Shown here: piece by piece, positions 1-12,009 of the stretch
How the letters are laid out: each line of letters begins with the position of its first letter
Position numbering within the stretch: the stretch's first letter is position 1
From: Marsupella aquatica
Lineage: Eukaryota > Plantae > Marchantiophyta
NCBI GenBank assembly: GCA_973895155.1
Contig: OZ316896.1
Coordinates: 21,024,152 to 21,088,151 of the forward strand
Direction: 5' to 3'
DNA length: 64,000 nt
Program-made: the position numbers and the translations under genes
The notes under the pieces: model-generated
What the model saw: only the letters and a program-made list of their open reading frames with translations
Told to the model about the DNA's origin: nothing
The model's database searches: none

Positions 1-2015
1 TTGGCTTGAACGGATGTGGAAAGTCTACTCTTCTCACATCAATTGGGATGCGTGAAGTGCCCATCCCCGAGCACATGGACATTTATCATCTAACGAGGGA
101 AATAGACGCCACTGACTTGTCTGCGCTCGAGGCCGTGATGAACGTTGATGCTGAACGCCTTGAACTTGAGAAAGAGGTGGAAAGGTTGGTAGCCCAGGTG
201 AATACCCTCTTTTGAGACTTAAACCCGTCCATTCCCCAGTTGATTTCGTATGTCCACTGTTTATAATTTAAAGATGCTAGACGTCTTGTTTTGGGGGTAT
301 TGTGTTGTCCTTGGTGGTAAAGAGGTGGCATTTTTATTCCAGAAGTTGGACCCAAAGCAGGTCTGTGCTTGTTTCTATGTACTTGTCGTTTACATGGAAT
401 TTAGTGTTTGTTGCTACAGCGATTCCGGCCCATTGTTGATCTGTTCGAGCTGGCCCTAGAGCGTGTGATGGCCACTGATGTTTTGTCACTTTTCTTCTGC
501 GCTCATTGGATGCAGGATGACGGGGGTGGCGAGGCATTGGAACGGATTTACGAGCGGCTAGAGTCCATGGATTCGGCCACAGCTGAGAAAAGAGCTGCAG
601 AGATTTTGCATGGACTCGGCTTCAATAAGAAGATGCAAGCGAAGATGACCCGTGACTTTTCCGGAGGTTGGAGAATGCGAATCGCCCTGGCTAGGGCGTT
701 GTTCATGAATCCCACCATTCTGCTTCTAGATGAACCTACCAACCATCTTGGTGCGTCCCACTTCCACTCGGTCTCTGGATGGGAGAACTTTAATAGATCT
801 TGCCTCCATGATGTTGTGTAGGAGGATTTCCATGGGCGTGCCGATCATTGAAGATAGATGTCGATGCGTACCACATTAGTACCTCTATTTTGTATTGGAG
901 TTCTCATGTACCACCTTTACCTCTGCATCTTTCTAACTCTTTTGTCACGGCGAGTACTTTCAGATCTTGAGGCTTGCGTGTGGCTGGAGGAGATCCTGAA
1001 AAAGTTTGATCGTATCCTCGTGGTGGTTTCTCACTCGCAAGATTTTCTCAACGGCGTGTGCACCAATATTATTCACATGCAGGACAAGAAACTCAAGTTC
1101 TATTCAGGTAATTACGACCAATATACGCAAACGCGCTCTGAGCTGGAGGAGAATCAGATGAAGCAGTATCGGTGGGAGCAGGAACAGATATCAGCCATGA
1201 AAGAATACATTGCGAGATTTGGACACGGATCCGCAAAGCTGGCACGACAAGCTCAAAGTAAGGAGAAAACCCTTGCTAAAATGGAAAGGGGAGGTCTCAC
1301 AGAGAAGGTGTCTAGAGATAAGGTCCTGGTTTTCCGCTTTACAGATGTCGGAAAACTTCCCCCTCCAGTTTTGCAGTTCTCAGGGGTTTCATTCGGTTAT
1401 TCTCCGGAACATCAGATCTATAACAACATCGATTTTGGGGTAGATTTGGATTCCCGGATAGCTTTGGTAGGGCCTAATGGCGCGGGAAAGAGTACGCTTC
1501 TCAAGTTGATGACCGGGGATATCGTGCCCGACGAAGGAATGGTCAGACGGCACAATCACCTTCGAATTGCCCAGTATCATCAACATTTGGCTGAGACTCT
1601 GACACTTGATGTCTCAGCATTGCAGTACATGATGAGTGCATATCCAGGGTTAGAAGAGGAAAAGATGAGGGCAGCGATCGGAAAGTTTGGCCTAACTGGT
1701 AAAGCCCAAATTATGCCTATAGGAAACCTCTCAGACGGTCAGAAGAGTCGAGTAATTTTTGCGTGGCTGGCTTGGAGGCTACCCCATCTCCTGCTGTTAG
1801 ACGAGCCTACCAACCATCTCGACATCGAAACTATTGATGCTCTAGCAGATGCTTTGAATGAATGGGATGGTGGGATGGTGTTGGTGAGCCACGACTTCAG
1901 GCTCATTAACCAGGTAGCCAAAGAGATTTGGGTGTGCGAGAATAAGACCGTGACTCGATGGGAGAGTGATATTATGGAGTTCAAGCAACATTTGAAGAAG
2001 AAAGCCGGTCTGTAG
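1..2015 (+). CDS. ABCF1: ABC transporter F family member 1-like soluble ABC ATPase, 5'-truncated by the window edge; exons <1-197, 516-750, 964-2015
   Basis: Two NBDs and no TM domain: GLNGCGKST Walker A, FSGGW signature, [10 protein letters not shown], second [14 protein letters not shown] and [15 protein letters not shown] introns 198-515 and 751-963 keep the frame (NHL-D-LEACVW). Stop TAG ends at 2015. Confidence 0.95.
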
Positions 2016-5000
2016 GTTATTCATTGGCTGACTTGTGCCAGTCAAGTAGGCATGATACGCAAATGCAATATTTAGCATTTCTTAAACACGATTTTGACAA
2101 ACGGGAGCAGCCCCTAACAAAGGTGAGTTTGAACGGCCAGATCTTGCCAGGGGGGCTCTGGTACATTTCCTAGCATTGGTCATCATTTGTCTTTGTAAAA
2201 TTATACGTATGACATACATGAGCTAACTACTCATTGCCAGATTAGCTCGAAGTGTTGATGTGAAAACTTGTATCATTGGAGGGGAGGGGCTTTGCTAGAG
2301 CAGCCTTTCTTCAGGTGACCCCATGTCAAATTTTTTCGATGTGCTGGGCAATAATGGCAACCCACTTTTGATTGGGTTTGTCTGCGCTGGGATTGTCATG
2401 ACATTATTGTACTCGTGAACTCGTATTGAGTGACATAATTTACTCTCCGACGATTATCTACTCTACATTGAGTACAATGCAATTAGGATCTTGTGTTCTG
2501 TACCTTCATAAATTTTTGTCCCTGGCTACTGGATAGTTGTTGTCGAAGTTTTAGCGACTGCTGTCCTTTTTATAAATGTCTGACCTTGGGATGGAGTCTT
2601 CGTTTCTTCGCTGTAGTAGTTTTAGCAAAGTCTGGGAGTCTTTGGTGAGACCTGATTGCCCTGTGGGAATGTGAGCATACTGGGATTTATGGATATAATA
2701 TCGCACCATGACTGTTTGTATATTAGAGGTCCATCTTTTTTGCTGCTTTGCAGTGGAATTGTATACTCCGGGGAGGGGATTTTACGAGTTTGAATTGCGT
2801 CGTTTGCCTGCCTTTTACTTTGGTAGCTTTCGAGAAGGTTCGGTTGTTGATATAAATATGGCGGACTATTGTGATCGTTGTCTCTGATGAATATTGCCGT
2901 CCGCTTTTATGCTTGGGGGTGGAGTGATCCCACAAAGTGTGGTCTAGTCTACTTTGCTTCGGTTGAATGTTTTTTTGCTTCGAAAGGCCGATTCGTGGAT
3001 AGGATGTGGCATACGTAATTGACCGAGATTTTGCAAAAACTCAGGCCGAATGATATTCAATCATCTTGTCATGGGTAGCATTCAAAGAGGAATTTTGATT
3101 GGGAGCCATCTCGTTATGGGTAGCATTCGGAGATGAATTTTGAACTGGAGCCGCAGTGTGTTCCCAAACTAACTCCCCGTGCGCTAAGCCATGCTACATG
3201 GCTTCCATCTTTTAATGCATTCTCGCCGTTTGTATGGTTGATCCATTCCATACTCGGCACCAACCCAACACCTGACATTTGCATTTAAGCAATTATTGCG
3301 ATTACCAATAAGCTGCCAGACTGAAATTCCGAAAGAGATCGATTACATATTTGGAAGCGGCTATCGAAGGTGTCCTTTTGGGTTCAACGTGAGATGCTCA
3401 ACCGAGTTGATTTCTGGACCTGTTCACTTCCTTAACCCTGTGTGGTTTCAGATGACGACTCTATGTTTAGAATTTGACCTTCAGACTCCCAGTCCAACCT
3501 TTCGGACAGTTTAACAACTTCAGCACTGAGTCAGAATTGAGATGAGGCATAACCCCGACGGTTTCCATCTTCAGAAATGAGTCGAAAGAGAGTTGAGAAG
3601 AATCGATGCAAGTCGTTCGCGCTCGACTACTATAGAGTACTCTAGATCACAACCTTCAGTACTCGCAGCATATACTTGTGCCACCTGAGAACCGCTTCTT
3701 TTAGACGATTCCTGCATAACCACTCCGATTAATCCAGGGAGAGGGTGAGATAGACAATGACATTGGATTGGGTCTAGTAAAGCGTTGAAGAAACATAGGC
3801 TTTTATGCTTTCCTCGGTGGACACCCATAGCCATTGAAGCGAAGGGTTAGAGTTGAGTTTTCTGGTTGTGTTGTGTTGGAGAAGAGATGGACGGAAGTTA
3901 CGTTACTGAAGTCTTATATGAAGGATTTTCAATTGCGTTTCGGTTCCGTTGTTCATTTGTTATTGTCCGAATTTTTCCAAATCCCAAGACTTCCCTGTTT
4001 TTTTAATGAGTACTGCGATCTCCCTCCCTTCAGTGCCCCACCGCTTGACTACTAACGAAGAAACTCCAGTGGCATCTCGAAACCTGGTGAGCTCCATGTG
4101 TTGGTTCTTTCGGACAGTGCTTCTACTGAGGTCTATCCGTCTGCTATTATAGCTATGGTGAGAAGCTCCTAGCACGAGGGATTTAGTAGAAGAACGAGAG
4201 AAAAGACTTCGTATCCCTGTGTGGTTGAAATAAGAGGATTCAATGCCGAAGAGAAAGGCATTGTGTGCGAAACATACACATTTTCCTTCTCTTTCGCAAG
4301 ATCGGCTTAACCTACTCTTGGAGTTCCGTTCATGCTATTAAGCTTTGAGTAGACCCGTCGGGCCATATCCCTGGGAAGCCCTGTCGGTTCAAAGATGGAT
4401 GATCAAAGATGGATGACATATCTCTCTACGAGCCGACTGTTGAGATTAGGTCACGAGTCTACCCTTGAAATTAGTCCTTCTCTTTGAAGATCAGGGTCAA
4501 ATTAAATTTGGTCAAGAACAATTACTTTGTGATTGGTCTGAACAATCCAAACCGTGGGCAAATGTCTACTTATTATGGTCGTACAACTCTGCCATTACAA
4601 ACAATTACTGCTCATATTCAACTTTGAAATACGAAGACGCCGAAGTTTCCTTTTTTAATCGAAGGGTCCCAATGAGAATGACTCCACATTGATTATCATT
4701 CTACAAATAACAGTGTCCTTTGCCATTTACAATACTCTCTATCCAAGGTACCAACCAACGCATATACATTTCCGGCATTACCTCCTTGTTTCAGTATTGT
4801 ATATCTCAGACCATGGAAACTCAAAAACAGGCGAACATGTGAGAAAGAAACGAGATTCCAAATTTTCTGGCAAAGGCTATAGAGAATACATCAATAAATC
4901 AAAATAAAATACACCATAGCTGAGACACTTCCTCTGTGGTGGAGATTTTATTGCTCCTGTAGTAATGAACTCACCTTCATGCCAGCATTATCATCATACC

Positions 5001-5041
5001 TGATGACAGACATTCAAAACCAGCAGTTCTAATAGATGCTC

Positions 5042-6973
5042 CTACATGTGATCGAAGCTTTTGAAACAACCGAAGATATCCTTCAGCAGTCCAGACCTCG
5101 AAGATGGGCATGTCAGCTGATGATTGACTTCCGAGGAGTTACAGAAGTGGGATGACCCTGACCTTCGGTGGGAATGGTGACCCCTTGGGTCAACTTCAGC
5201 ATCGGTAGTAATTGGTTGTACATAGGGCCCCATGGGGTGCCCAAATTCATCCTGCATCTGTTTTTCACTATACTTGACAAAACATGATTTACAGATCCAC
5301 ACACGGGAGTACCTATTCCTCCGCTTCGGATTTCTAAGCAACACCTGCCTGAGGTGAAACATGTTGTAGAACTCATCAGGCTTCCGCTCAGCAAGCATCA
5401 GCAACTCCTCCTTGATTGTGTCCATCTGTCGCCTTGTCTTTTTTGGACGATGCCAAGGCCAGATTTTGGCACTTGGATTGGGATTCCTCCCAATCTGACT
5501 GCCAAGAGCTTTTGCAGCCCCAACGAAACCACATGTGTTACTTGTGATGTAAATTCTGTTGACTCCTGTCCTTCTCTTCAAGGCAGTCTCCTTTCTTCCC
5601 AATGTAGTAGGGCCATTGCTGGTGACATGGTAACTCGAGGAGAGTTCTCCAGAAGTGTCCTTCTCATCTTCAGACGGTGACTCATAAACTGGCTCCTCAT
5701 CCCCCGAGGACTCGGACTCAAGATCTCTATCTACAAACTTGTGGTATGTGTTGCAAAAAATTGGTCTCCGCCTCCGGATTTCAATGCCCTCTGGTTCTTC
5801 GGCGCCCTCCTCTGGCTCAACCCTGTGACTCTTGAAACGATGGTTGCCATTCCCATATTGGGCATGACAAAGGAGATGTAATCTATGGTTGAATTTCCCC
5901 AAACCCTGTTTGTGTGGTCGTTTCAAGTAATATTCAAACTCCTTGTATTCGTCTACAACCAAGGATTCGCGGGGTGTTTTTAGAGTTTCCAACCGGTGCT
6001 CAAGTCTGATGTTATTGTCTCTAAAGGCAACAGCCTTTTCCTTCAGCAAGCAGCAGCTGAGATTGGGCCAATCAAGCTTTACCCTGACCGTGAGCAGCGG
6101 ATTCCTCAAGAAAGCAGTCACAATCTTCTTTGCACCGATACAGCTCACTTGATTATCCCGCAAATCCAACTCCTCCAGATGAGGCATCGCGTTTGTCCGA
6201 AGAATCTTCACCAGACTTGCCGCTCCCTTGTCTCTGATGTAGTTTTGTTGCAGAATGAGAATTCTCAAGCTGTCGATGGGCTTGTTCTTGAGTGCCCTCC
6301 CAATCTTCCTGATCCCATCATCTCCACTGTACACTTGCAGCTTCCAGCGGAGGCATTCTAAAGTGTGATTTCGCTTTTCATCGGTGGTACAAACTAGGCA
6401 TCCCAAGCAGATCTTAAGGCTCTCCTGCAGTCTCCCACCGCCACACGACCGTTTCATGAGCAAATCCTTGATCGTCTCTGCAAACATTCTGGCTGGTACC
6501 AACTTGGGCAGCGTCCCTGTTAAGTCCATCGTATCCAAATTTGGCAACAGGCCATCACTAAGGGCATCAGCAATGACGTCTGTGCCTTCTTCAGCTGTGG
6601 TTATTTGGTTATAAGACGAGAACTCCCAGAGGATGATCTTCTTCAACCCCGTGAGATAACCTGCCCGCAATGCGTTCAGCGTTGCCCTCGCCCCAGAATC
6701 TCCTGCATTTCCCTGCAGAAAGAGCACTTTTAGCTTTGGCAGCTGATTGCTCTCCAAAGCCCTTGCCAGCATCTTCGTCTCCTTTACATCAATGACGCTG
6801 CTCGACAAGTCCAGCCACTCGATCTCGAATTTCTTCTCCATCAGCTGCACCTTCATGTGCTGGAGAGGAGCTCCCGAAGAACCATCCTCGAGTTCATGTG
6901 TTGTTTTATTCAAAACGGCCTTAGCATTCGAAATTTGAAGTTTCTCCTCAATTGCAAGTCCCTTCTCAGACAT
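5042..6973 (-). CDS. Intronless 643-aa protein with N-terminal ribonuclease-inhibitor-like LRRs (TORNADO1-like LRR region) and an unknown charged C-terminal half
   Basis: Long ORF with RI-type repeats WLDLSSSVI, LKVLFLQGNAGDSGA, LRILILQQNYIRDKGAASL and LEELDLRDNQVSCIGAKKI. Confidence 0.75.
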   Translation of the reverse strand: MSEKGLAIEEKLQISNAKAVLNKTTHELEDGSSGAPLQHMKVQLMEKKFEIEWLDLSSSVIDVKETKMLARALESNQLPKLKVLFLQGNAGDSGARATLNALRAGYLTGLKKIILWEFSSYNQITTAEEGTDVIADALSDGLLPNLDTMDLTGTLPKLVPARMFAETIKDLLMKRSCGGGRLQESLKICLGCLVCTTDEKRNHTLECLRWKLQVYSGDDGIRKIGRALKNKPIDSLRILILQQNYIRDKGAASLVKILRTNAMPHLEELDLRDNQVSCIGAKKIVTAFLRNPLLTVRVKLDWPNLSCCLLKEKAVAFRDNNIRLEHRLETLKTPRESLVVDEYKEFEYYLKRPHKQGLGKFNHRLHLLCHAQYGNGNHRFKSHRVEPEEGAEEPEGIEIRRRRPIFCNTYHKFVDRDLESESSGDEEPVYESPSEDEKDTSGELSSSYHVTSNGPTTLGRKETALKRRTGVNRIYITSNTCGFVGAAKALGSQIGRNPNPSAKIWPWHRPKKTRRQMDTIKEELLMLAERKPDEFYNMFHLRQVLLRNPKRRNRYSRVWICKSCFVKYSEKQMQDEFGHPMGPYVQPITTDAEVDPRGHHSHRRSGSSHFCNSSEVNHQLTCPSSRSGLLKDIFGCFKSFDHM

Positions 6974-7901
6974 TTGAAATGTAGAGTTCCTAGTCCTCTT
7001 GCTTGAACTTGATCTGAACCTGATTAAAGCTCCGGCTCTGTCAACTCCTCCCTCGATGCTTGCCTAAGGTTACTTTTCCGAAAATGTTCCCAGTCTTGCT
7101 TCTGTCAACGCCTATTTTGGACAATTCACGGTATAGTTTCGGTCGTTCGACGTTTCTGCTGGCCTTAGTTGCTTCTACTAGACACCTTGGAGAGTGACAT
7201 TGCATGCCCTCAACTCCTCTCGTGTACAGAGGTGTACAGATGGACCTATTGGAGTGGCTGGACAGGAACCGTGGCCTAGTGCAATCGAAGTAGCGCATTT
7301 GGAAACCCAATTTCTGGATGGGTTGATGGAAGAAATCCTGTACTGAATGGTGAATGAGAGCGTAGTAACGAATGAGAGCGTGAACTGACTCTAAACTAAA
7401 AGTAAAGCGATTGGAGGAAGAATTTGTACAAGACGTACACTGAAAGGGAATCGATGAGCTGATGGACACTTGGGAGAGCAGCTGAGCTATTGGAACGTAC
7501 GGCCCCTGATTTTCGTCCTCTATTTGCAGGAAGGAGAGCATGCAATGCAGAGCCGCGAGCTTGGCTCTTCAATGGATTGGAAGGCGAGCATCAGAGAGAC
7601 ATTGCAATCACAAGCGCGTTGCAGACTCGTAGGAATTTCCACGCAATTGGTGAGTTCGTTCAGTCAGGAGGACAATGATCATCAAAAGCAGGTAAGAAGC
7701 CGCCGCACTCGCGTAAATTTCACGCGTTGTCCTTGTTCTCTTTCCTATGACCTTCCTCACGCGATTTCGTATTCAAATGCTGGGCAAATTATTCCCCTCA
7801 ATTCGTCACTGCAATCCTCATCCTATGCTAGACATTCGACGACGCCTACAGTAGATTCGAATAAAAAATTGAATACTTTTACACTTCCCTTCTTTGCGCT
7901 C

Positions 7902-7982
7902 TTTCTTGACCCTCTTCGTGTATTGACATTTCTTGACCCTCGTCGTGTATTTACATTTCTTGACCCTCTTCGTGTATTTACA
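7902..7982. repeat. 27-bp tandem repeat x3 (TTTCTTGACCCTCTTCGTGTATT(G/T)ACA)
   Basis: Three near-identical units read directly, each containing TTGACC. Confidence 0.9.
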
Positions 7983-9184
7983 GTTTAGGGCTTCCTTCTT
8001 TCGTCCAGATTTTGAACCTGGTTATGAATGATTGAGGAGGACTCGTCATTGACAAGACAGTATTCCAATTCAGCCAGGCCATACCATACATTTCAAGTGA
8101 AACACTACTGCAATTGTGCGTCTTTGTTCTCTGGAGTATATCTCTTTCTTGTGGAAGGTCCTTCAAAGTTCTGTTTCTCCTTCCAGGTTCTTTCCCGAGT
8201 TTCCATGGCCAATGTACTGTATTGAAATATTTTGTTTCGACATGGTCACGAGTGCTACATTCTAAATTACAGCTTCCATCACATTTTTGTATGCTATTTG
8301 TAACACATTTTTGTATCCTGTTTGTAAGTAACTGACCGAGTGAAACACTCTGGTACAGTACCTTCCAAACCCCACCGCCGCATCTTTTCCCTTGATGCAA
8401 AAAACTACTGTGAGTGCTTTTTCCGTCGTAGAGTGGGAATCGGGAAGAGTGACGGCAGCAGTACCGAACACCTACAGTAGATGCGGCGTCAGGGCGAAAA
8501 GGATTGTCGGTGTGAGCTAGGTAAGTACTCGATAGGCAGAGCCGGCCGAGGCACGTGAACCTCGAGAAACTTGTGCAGGGGTTTTAGTCGGGGCACAGAA
8601 CGCTCTCGTTGGTGCAGGGGCGGTACCTCTCCTTGTACTCTCTCCTTTCTCTCTCTCAGTCTTTGAGAACGCTAATTTAATTAGCATTTTGTGACAGCTC
8701 CGCGCAGCAATCTTCCTGGCTCTGTCAGTTAATACTCTGTCTCGTTCAAGTCGCTCGCAACCAGGTCGAAGCCTTTCTCAAACTTCCGCAACGAATGCGT
8801 AGCTCTGCTCACACTCCGTCTTTTTTTTTTCTTTCGCACATTTGGCTTAGGCATTCTGTCAAAGCTCAGCACAGAAATCTTAGCTTTACAAATACTCCGT
8901 CCCTGCCCGGGTTTTTCGGGAATTCTGTGGTTTTTGAATTTGATGTACTAAAATTTCTGCAATGATGGTGGCTCCTGCAGTTCCCTTGAACGTCTCGGCA
9001 GCAATCGGGACTCCTTTCTTCCTCCAGACGGATGGACCATTTTGTCATCGAGAGCCCCCACTTCGCTCGGAAACTTGGGAACATTGATTGAGCGGAGAGG
9101 GCTTGCAGATATCCGAACGGAAAGGCGTCTTTCTTCTGTTTTTCTGGCGGAGGGTGGGGCTTAAATTGAAGGAGGCTTGGCACG

Positions 9185-12009
9185 ATGATAGAGCCTGTTT
9201 CTTCGCCAAAGCTGCGCATTGCACTATGTCATCCTGATCTTGGCATAGGTAGCCGTCCTTTAATACCCTTTGTATCAGCTGGCTATGTTTTTTCTAAGGT
9301 GGATGCTCAATGGGAGAGAACCAGGGGGATGTAATTGTGTTAACACGGAAAGTCCAATGGTGGTATTGAATCCATCAATGCAGCTAAGATAATACATCTC
9401 TTCTGCTCACCAACGGAATCCATTGAATTCATCAATGCAGATGAGAAGATACATCTCTTCTGCTCAGCAACAAATCATTTGAATTCATCAATCCAGCTGA
9501 AAACTTACTTTCTTCTGCGCACCAACGAAATCCACCTGATCCCTCTTAAAAATGATCATTCAGCTGAATACTTTTTGCAGGCTACTGTTTGCTTTGCGTT
9601 TTCCTGGTTTTGAACAGGTTCAACACATGACGAATGTAATGAGTTTTCTTGGAATTTGTAAATCATGGTAGTAAATTAAGATCTTATCTGAACTTTGTTA
9701 TTTTCTCAGGTGGAGCTGAGAGGCTGGTTGTGGATGCCGCCATGGAACTCACAGCACTGGGGCATGCGGTGCATATTTTCACTGCTCACCATGATCCGCA
9801 TCACTGCTTTGAGGAGACGGTTGGAGGTACTTCTCTCTCAAATTTATACAAATACGCTGATATGCACAGAGTTATAACCCGCTTTATGCTTTCTGATCAT
9901 GACGCAGACCGTCTTTCCAAAGGTGCTTCATAAGACTCTGTCTGAACGACATTACCTTGAAAGTCTAGAGGCATTGATATATTCACGCTTTTCCTGTGCA
10001 GGACACTTTCCTGTCACTGTTTATGGCGATTTCCTTCCAAGGAATATATTCAACAAGCTTTATGCTGTCTGTGCCTATATGCGATGTCTATATGTAGCCA
10101 TCTGCATGGTTCTCTTCTGGCCTGCATTTGATGTTGTCATCGTGGACCAAGTTTCCGTGGTCGTTCCCGTCCTGAAACTGAAGAAGCCATCCAAGGTTCG
10201 ACTTGTATCAAACTCTCAGAAGTTGTCAGCTTCAATCTCTCCTGCAGTGGAATAGAAAATTGGGGATCCTAAATCTGATGTGTCGTTTACTTCGAAACTG
10301 TCAAACTAAAAGGCACTGACAAACTCAAGTGTCGTGCAGATCCTCTTCTATTGTCATTTTCCTGATTTGCTGCTTGCACAAACCTCAACACGTCTACGGA
10401 AACTCTACAGGAAGCCAATTGACTGGCTTGAAGAGATGACCACTGGTACCACTCAAGACCAGCGTTCTCTTTACAAGGCTAGAATAACATCCAGTCAACA
10501 TTTCTTTGAAACTTGTGAAGGCTAATTAACGGTCTTTTTACCATCTGAATAAGGTGTTTGTTTCTGGATTGGGACCTTCCAATGTGGCTATCAATCTGCA
10601 GGGAAAGCGGATCAGGTGTTGGTTAATAGTGAGTTCACTCTAAAGACCTTTGAAAAAACTTTTACTTCGCTTCATCGAAAGGGAGTTAAACCTTCCGTTC
10701 TCTACCCAGCTGTTGACATCAACCAGCCTGGCTGTGACGAGGTAGCACCTAACAATGGACAGGGTGCTGCTGCAAAGTATGTAATCTTTCATCCCTTACC
10801 AGACTTTAGAGGTTCTTCCCAGCGCTACCATCCTAGAAAATAATGATTCTTTTGTTCCTACAGTAGTTCTTGTAATTTTTTCCAAAATGAAATCTCTGGC
10901 GTTGTACATGCAGACCCATTTTCCTATCAATCAATCGATTTGAGCGGAAGAAGAATATCGGTCTAGCAATTTCGGCATTTGCCCTCGTCGTGGAGCATGT
11001 GGCAGACGATGTCAGGCTGGTTATTGCAGGTGAATTTTAGTTTAGATGGGAATAGTCCATATCTGGATTGCCTTTAGCAATGGAATGTTTCTGATTCAAC
11101 AGTGCTGAACATTTCAGTTGCTGGGCTGGTGTCTGAACCTTTCTGTTATGCTGAAGGCCATCATTCTGCATCAAACAAGAATTTCCTTCTCATTTCTTGT
11201 ATATATAGAGTTCATTTTCGTATATGCGGTTCTGTCATCCAGGAATTGTTGGTGTTAGCCAGTTTGGACCGGCTGTTGATGTTATTATTTATGTTAATTA
11301 GGTGGTTATGACGACCTCCTCGCTGAAAATAGAGAACATCTGCAAGAGCTGAAGATTCTTGCCAAGGAGAAAGGAGTTCTGGACAGGGTTGACTTTGAAC
11401 CATCGTGTTCGACATCTAGGAAGAATGCTCTACTCGCAAGTTGCATCTGTGTCCTTTACACTCCCATGGTATGTTGCAAGTCTTTTGTTTGAACAGCCTC
11501 CTTTGTCATCTGCTGCTTTTCTTTTCGCCGATAGAGGTACGGGACAGGTTTTTTTTATCTACAAAGTAGAGAGCAGCACCTAGGATTTTTCTTTCTGCTA
11601 GAATTAGGTGAATGAGATAGAAACATAGGAGGAAAAGCTTAGCCGACTTAAGAGGACAGTTAATAGTGGGTCAAATTACTTCACGAACAATACTATTCAC
11701 TAAGAAAATTTTACTGAATTGCAGGGCGAGCATTTCGGAATTGTTCCACTGGAAGCAATGGCAGCCAAGAAACCTGTGATTGCCTGCAATAGTGGTGGGC
11801 CAAAAGAGAGTGTCATACACACGGTGACAGGATTTCTTTGTGAGCCTACAGATATAAGTTTTGCATCTGCTATGCAATTGCTTCTAAGGGAGCCGAGGAC
11901 AGTAGAGACTATGGGATTGGCTGCAAGAAAGCATGTGGAACAGAATTTCTCGAGAACAGTCTTTGGGAAAAGGTTGAATTCAGTTGTTGAGAACCTAGTC
12001 AACAGGTAA
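9185..12009 (+). CDS. ALG2: Alpha-1,3/1,6-mannosyltransferase ALG2 (GT4); exons 9185-9248, 9710-9826, 10002-10195, 10340-10445, 10602-10776, 10914-11029, 11302-11468, 11725-12009
   Basis: Spliced motifs [46 protein letters not shown] and [11 protein letters not shown]...NSGGPKE. All introns are GT-AG with consistent phase. Confidence 0.93.
9365..9530. repeat. About 57-bp degenerate tandem repeat x3 in ALG2 intron 1
   Basis: TTGAAT(C/T)CATCAAT(G/C)CAG...TCTTCTGC(T/G)CA(C/G)CAAC recurs three times. Confidence 0.8.

Noticed and set aside
858-963. Hydrophobic N-terminus ([15 protein letters not shown]...) of the 385-aa ORF, suggesting a membrane-anchored ABC protein
   Set aside because: It is read-through of intron 751-963. 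The real exon starts at 964 after TTTCAG.
3296-4200. Short minus-strand ORFs downstream of the LRR gene as a possible detached Roc-COR remnant
   Set aside because: No P-loop or COR motif could be identified by eye.
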